Positions 5,893-10,102 of a stretch of DNA of 10,102 bases are shown here, piece by piece. A model generated the notes under the pieces. The model was not told the DNA's origin and made no database searches. It worked only from the letters and a program-made list of their open reading frames with translations. The stretch covers positions 1-10,102 of the IMG/VR virus record IMGVR_UViG_3300044504_000033, one strand, 5' to 3'. The translations under genes and the position numbers were made by a program. The stretch is from a virus. Its lineage: Duplodnaviria > Heunggongvirae > Uroviricota > Caudoviricetes. How positions within the stretch are numbered: position 1 is the first letter of the stretch; every line of letters begins with the position of its first letter.

Positions 5893-6452
5893 GCGCCATC
5901 CTCATCAGTATCTGTGTCTGTGATTGGTGCTGTATAGTGTAGGTTAACACCTTCAATACTTTTCAAATGATCTGCGATATCCTCTTCATTGTCATAACTT
6001 TCTTTTGTATACATTACGCTATGTGACGGTGCATACACACATTCTTTTACAATATGCCACATTTCAGAGTTAAGCAGCCACTTAAAGGGTCTGACGCGGG
6101 AACCTTTAAGGAGTATCCTCTCGCCATTATTAATCTTAGCGTAACGAACCGCCTCGACCATCATATAAGGGGATCCGTCCATAGCTTCCAGATGCGGTCC
6201 AACTTTCGTCACCAGGCTGACAAAGCCCATAGAACAAGAGCTTCTGATGAGAGATCCCAGCACAGGAGCACCATACGTGGACATATACGTAAAGCTTAAT
6301 GTATCGAAACTGAAACTAGGTTCTTCTAATTCGACCGAAGCATCACCGCTTTGGTACATCTGCTTAAAAGAGTCAATAGCCAACTCCTTCGTGTCTACAT
6401 CGATCTTAAATGTACCTCTCTCCACCTTTGTAACTACTAATATTACGCTCAC
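5871..6452 (-). CDS. Hypothetical protein, 193 aa
   Basis: GTG start with GAGGAG 6 nt upstream; fills the space between the terminator and the next gene; acidic tail (DTDTDED). No motif recognised. Confidence 0.75.
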   Translation of the reverse strand: MSVILVVTKVERGTFKIDVDTKELAIDSFKQMYQSGDASVELEEPSFSFDTLSFTYMSTYGAPVLGSLIRSSCSMGFVSLVTKVGPHLEAMDGSPYMMVEAVRYAKINNGERILLKGSRVRPFKWLLNSEMWHIVKECVYAPSHSVMYTKESYDNEEDIADHLKSIEGVNLHYTAPITDTDTDEDGACSTLLS

Positions 6453-6464
6453 GTTACACTCCTC

Positions 6465-6494
6465 AATTTAAAGGGGAACCATAATGGCTCCCCT
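6465..6494 (-). terminator. Probable intrinsic terminator downstream of nrdJ
   Basis: Minus strand reads AGGGGAGCCA-TTA-TGGTTCCCCT, a 10-bp stem with one G-U pair, followed by TTAAATT. It starts 6 nt after the nrdJ stop. The U-tract is imperfect. Confidence 0.65.
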
Positions 6495-6500
6495 ATTTAC

Positions 6501-8420
6501 TTACCTAACTGGACACATTCCACCTGCGCATTCATCAACACCTTCAAACTCAGCTGAGCTTATTGATGTTATCACGCGTGTAGATGCAACCAGCTCATCA
6601 TATTGCTCTTTCGTAACTTCCTCATAAGGCGCTTGGTCGAAACCGTGTTCCTCATGTAACAAGAAAGAAAGACTCTTGTGGTTATTTCGATAATGCTTAC
6701 GAAGATACGATATGATCTCAGGCACCTCTTCAATATGATAATATATTGTACATGACACACTATTATCAGACCAATCTGTTTGTAGTTTACGTACCACATT
6801 CAGTTGATCGATTGCTGTCATATCTTTTGCAAGTACTGTACCTTCTGGATAGCTGAATGGAAAGGTTACTAGCATGGCACTATAGTCGTTAGTACCGTCG
6901 AGATTGCGTTTATATTCAATCGGATACCCATGGTCCTTACAAACGTCTATCAGTGCATGATCGCTGGCAATTGTGATACGGCGATACATGTACTGTGCGA
7001 AACCGGGATGAGCACCGGGCGTTACACCGGGGAGCAATGATAGTGTACCTGAAGGTTTCACTGTAGTTAGTTTGATTGAAGGCGCAAAGCCATGTAGCTC
7101 GGAATAACGCTTATCAAAGTCACGTAGGTAACGGTACCCTTCATTAAGCCACCCTTGTTGCTCTTCCGAAGCTTGAAGATAGCCTGTCACACCGACACCC
7201 ATCCGCATGTTCTTACGAATGATTTCTTGTGTTTCCGAATGGTGAGATTTAAGCATCAGTGAATGTTTATTTACACGATATAGGAGTTCGATAATATCCA
7301 GAAACTCTTCCTTAGTTTCGATATTAGGTAAAAAGACTTCAGATAGACAACAAGTTTCAAAATTAGCTAAAGACTGTTCCGCGCACGGGTTATAGCCTTC
7401 GACATCTGGGTCTGGATACTCAGTTTCGCCTAGCCGTCCAATAAGTTTTGAGAGTCTCAGATTAATAAGACCGTAGGGTTCTCCCTTACCTAGGTACCCA
7501 TCCCAGAAGTATTCATGAAGATCCCTGATGTCGTCACAAGCTACAGAGTTGTTAGACATACTACGCCACTTTGGAAGTACACCCATGTCAAAACGTTTGG
7601 CAAGTAAGAACTCAACGTCATCAGGATCACCGATGGCAATCTGTGCTGACCTCCGAACGTTACCAGCCACAATAATGAAGCCGATGATATTCATTATATC
7701 AAGTGCATCAATAGGACGGATCTTCTTACCGGAACGTTTGATAAGTACCTTAGAGATCTCACCCATACCCCAAACAAGGTCTTCAGGTCCACTCGCAGTA
7801 CCTCCAAAGCTTTTAATCGGCGTTCCCTTTCCACGGATAACTTGTGTGGAATACGTGAACGAACCAGCTTCAACATGCTCAGAAAGGAAAGCAGCTTTAA
7901 GAGTCTTTCCAAGCAGTTTAACCCAGCCCTCTCGTGAGTCAGGTACGATAAAGTCGGCACCACCATCATCAAGTCTTGTAGGTGCTTTGAACCATTCCCG
8001 TACTGCAGGTAGCTTCTCTACGTTCTTTCTTTGGATGTTATACCCAACTCCCGACCCCAGTGCCAACATGTCCATCGCCCATGTAAAGGGACGGATAGGT
8101 GAATCAACTACACAAAAGGCGCAGTTCTGGAGAGAGGAGAGACCTAGGCGATCAACTGTGCTGGTACCTAGCTGCCACCAAAAACGACCTGCGACCGAAC
8201 CTTTCAGGCTGAGAAAGAACTCTTCAAGACGGGACTCTTCATCTTCTGTGAATCCACAATTTAATTGACTATCGAATGCATTTATTGCACGATTAACAGT
8301 ATCCTGAAACTCCTCTGTGGGAGAGTCTGAGCCGAGTGACTCATCAAGCTTTCGGGAGTAGGTACGCTTATATGTAAGGTAACCAACTGTTGACCAAGGT
8401 GTCTCGATATTATTACTCAT
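6501..8420 (-). CDS. nrdJ: Monomeric class II adenosylcobalamin-dependent ribonucleotide reductase (RTPR type)
   Basis: LQNCAF (redox Cys), GYNPCAEQSL (Asn/thiyl Cys/Glu), ETCCLSEVFL, TTVKPSGTLSLL, and C-terminal ECAGGMCPVR resembling the shuttle-Cys tail of L. leichmannii RTPR. No ATP-cone is evident. AGGGG SD-like element lies 4 nt upstream. Confidence 0.93.
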   Translation of the reverse strand: MSNNIETPWSTVGYLTYKRTYSRKLDESLGSDSPTEEFQDTVNRAINAFDSQLNCGFTEDEESRLEEFFLSLKGSVAGRFWWQLGTSTVDRLGLSSLQNCAFCVVDSPIRPFTWAMDMLALGSGVGYNIQRKNVEKLPAVREWFKAPTRLDDGGADFIVPDSREGWVKLLGKTLKAAFLSEHVEAGSFTYSTQVIRGKGTPIKSFGGTASGPEDLVWGMGEISKVLIKRSGKKIRPIDALDIMNIIGFIIVAGNVRRSAQIAIGDPDDVEFLLAKRFDMGVLPKWRSMSNNSVACDDIRDLHEYFWDGYLGKGEPYGLINLRLSKLIGRLGETEYPDPDVEGYNPCAEQSLANFETCCLSEVFLPNIETKEEFLDIIELLYRVNKHSLMLKSHHSETQEIIRKNMRMGVGVTGYLQASEEQQGWLNEGYRYLRDFDKRYSELHGFAPSIKLTTVKPSGTLSLLPGVTPGAHPGFAQYMYRRITIASDHALIDVCKDHGYPIEYKRNLDGTNDYSAMLVTFPFSYPEGTVLAKDMTAIDQLNVVRKLQTDWSDNSVSCTIYYHIEEVPEIISYLRKHYRNNHKSLSFLLHEEHGFDQAPYEEVTKEQYDELVASTRVITSISSAEFEGVDECAGGMCPVR

Positions 8421-8437
8421 TTTGCCCCTAATGATTA

Positions 8438-10084
8438 TTATATTGCAGTGAATTGTTCATCAGGAATATCATTTAACGAAATTAAACGACCTGTCTCATG
8501 TTTGTAGTAGACTCCAGGAACATCTCCCGTGAGTCCTGTGTATCTCGCTTTAAGCACTCTCATGAGTATAGTGTTTCTCACTACAGGATCTTCGTTAGTC
8601 ATGTCTCTTGCAAACGCTATAATGTCAAAAGAAATTTGTTTTACTGATCCTGAGCCTCGAATATCGTCTAGTGTAGGTAGCTTACCCTCCTCAAAGGATT
8701 TGCCTCCGACAGCAACCTTTCTCAAGTGTGAAACTAGACCTATCCATGCAGGATACTTCTTGACAATTGTTAATAGATCATTCATGATTCGATCTTGCGC
8801 TTCGTTGCCCGTCAGCTTTTCGACACCTTCTGAGACGAGTATAGTTATGTGATCAATGAATATCTTCTTACAGCCCATCAAACACATGTATTCAATTTTA
8901 TCAGTTATGGAACCATCTTTTACTGCACCTTGATGATCTAGCAGTATTACGCGATCGTCACCAAAGACGGCATCAAAGCCTGGCTTAAGTTCGGCTAAAG
9001 GTATTTCATCTTCTGCCGGATTTCTATTAATGACCATTCCGGCTAGCTTTCTTGCTGTTTCAGCCGGTGACTCCTCAAGCGAGATTACCCCGACCTTCTC
9101 ATCTGTAGTTTCAAGCACCTCAAGAATTATTTCTCTTAGTATCGTTGACTTGCCACTACCTGTACCTGAGATGAATAAGGCAATCTCGCCATCACGCATG
9201 CCTTTAAGCTTAGAATTAAGTCCATCCAGACAGGTCGGATACGGTATTGATGGTAGCGAGTTGTAGTGTACTAAAGCGTTCCAGAGAGCCTCCTTCCCGA
9301 TAATACCACTTGGGATTACGCGAGCGGCGTCCCATACGCAATTGAATAACACCTTAGCACCCTCGAGTACCAGTACATCACTCGCATCATTATGGGGTAA
9401 CTTTGCGATACGTGCTTTGTCAATACCAATAATCTTAACGGCAGACTCGACAGCGTTTCGTCCTGCGTCATCTTCGTCAAACATGATAATGACTTCATCA
9501 AAGGAACGAATCCACTCTCGTTCCTCAATTAAGGAAGTCATCATAGCAGACGAAGACAATCCCACCACAGGATATATCTTCTCATATTTATCGAAAGATG
9601 CCTTAGCTACACTAAGTGTATCCAGCTCACCTTCACAAATTACAAGGCGCTTTCCCCCACTGTTGAACTTATCCCTACCAAACAGACCAGTTGATCTCCC
9701 TACCCAACTAAATGATTTTGGAAGTCTGCGGACCTTAAAGGCGGTGTCATTATCATAAGGGTAGAAATGTGCATCAATAACACCATCAGCACCAAAGGAT
9801 GATTTCACTCCATAGAATTGACAGATATTTGCAGGGATGTTACGCTCACGAAAGCCTCTAGAGGGTAGCTCCTTTATTTGTGGGATTGACAGATTACCAC
9901 TATATGTGGACGTCGCAGGTTGTGCCACAGGTGTACTAGAGACTGGCTTGAAGGAATCTCCAGCTTCAGCACCAAATAGTGTATGACATGAGAAACAAAA
10001 TGAAGTCCCATCTTCATAGATTTGGCGACCATCTGAGGAGGTGCACGATAGACAAGGTTGATCTTTTGTTACAATTTTACCCAT
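8438..10084 (-). CDS. Bifunctional DNA primase-helicase (T7 gp4-like: Zn finger + TOPRIM + SF4 helicase)
   Basis: N-terminal Cys4 Zn finger (CLSC...FCFSC); TOPRIM motifs LVICEGELDTLS and IIMFDEDDAG; Walker A SGTGSGKST; Walker B KIFIDH; VSHLRK, DIRGSGSVKQ and KARYTG. Start moved from the track GTG (10093) to ATG at 10084, because GAGGT lies 7 nt upstream of that ATG and overlaps the GTG. Confidence 0.95.
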   Translation of the reverse strand: MGKIVTKDQPCLSCTSSDGRQIYEDGTSFCFSCHTLFGAEAGDSFKPVSSTPVAQPATSTYSGNLSIPQIKELPSRGFRERNIPANICQFYGVKSSFGADGVIDAHFYPYDNDTAFKVRRLPKSFSWVGRSTGLFGRDKFNSGGKRLVICEGELDTLSVAKASFDKYEKIYPVVGLSSSAMMTSLIEEREWIRSFDEVIIMFDEDDAGRNAVESAVKIIGIDKARIAKLPHNDASDVLVLEGAKVLFNCVWDAARVIPSGIIGKEALWNALVHYNSLPSIPYPTCLDGLNSKLKGMRDGEIALFISGTGSGKSTILREIILEVLETTDEKVGVISLEESPAETARKLAGMVINRNPAEDEIPLAELKPGFDAVFGDDRVILLDHQGAVKDGSITDKIEYMCLMGCKKIFIDHITILVSEGVEKLTGNEAQDRIMNDLLTIVKKYPAWIGLVSHLRKVAVGGKSFEEGKLPTLDDIRGSGSVKQISFDIIAFARDMTNEDPVVRNTILMRVLKARYTGLTGDVPGVYYKHETGRLISLNDIPDEQFTAI

Positions 10085-10102
10085 TAGCTGCACCTCTATT
10101 AG

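Larger units (their letters stand above)
1..10102. mobile_element. Tailed dsDNA phage (or prophage) DNA replication / nucleotide metabolism module
   Basis: Fused T7-type primase-helicase, monomeric class II RNR and T4-like ATP-dependent ligase are interspersed with many small co-oriented hypothetical ORFs. Intergenic DNA is minimal. No integrase, att site or host housekeeping gene is seen in the window. Confidence 0.9.

Noticed and set aside
5646-5923. Plus-strand ORFs with LQLG and TVGV repeats
   Set aside because: They stay open because the 12-bp unit has no stop in any + frame. They oppose the operon direction, whereas the minus-strand xPTV frame has an SD and coupled neighbours.
7528-8268. 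246-aa plus-strand ORF
   Set aside because: It lies entirely antisense to the conserved core of nrdJ, is Ser-rich, and has no recognisable motif, so it is treated as a shadow ORF.
282-9758. Other plus-strand and nested alternative-frame ORFs in the track (e.g. 282-581, 652-1029, 1273-1593, 2739-3008, 8529-8852, 9342-9758, 185-376, 4040-4267)
   Set aside because: All overlap better-supported minus-strand genes and show no motifs or translational coupling.
6501-10084. Intein, intron or homing endonuclease in nrdJ or the primase-helicase
   Set aside because: Both frames are continuous and of normal length. No intein splice motifs or LAGLIDADG/HNH/GIY-YIG signatures were seen.
1-10102. tRNA, rRNA or riboswitch (including a cobalamin riboswitch before nrdJ)
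   Set aside because: The intergenic gaps are at most 71 nt, only 17 nt precede nrdJ, and no cloverleaf or conserved RNA signature was seen.

Overview
This window is a gene-dense segment of a tailed dsDNA phage (or prophage) replication and nucleotide-metabolism region. All credible genes lie on the minus strand, many with overlapping or abutting stop/start codons and good Shine-Dalgarno (SD) sites. In transcription order (right to left) they are: T7 gp4-type primase-helicase; monomeric class II (B12-dependent) ribonucleotide reductase; a terminator; a 193-aa hypothetical; a protein built on a 14 x 12-bp tandem repeat (xPTV); two small hypotheticals; ATP-dependent DNA ligase; a hypothetical; an atypical class II (CCA/poly(A) polymerase-like) nucleotidyltransferase; two small hypotheticals; a DHH/DHHA1 phosphoesterase; a hairpin; a 3-TM membrane protein; two small proteins; and an ORF missing from the track that runs off the left edge. 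The best lead is the nucleotidyltransferase, which appears to lack the CCA-templating residues and is co-oriented with the DHH/DHHA1 phosphoesterase. Family calls come from motif recognition by eye, with no database search, and the phage taxon and host cannot be determined.
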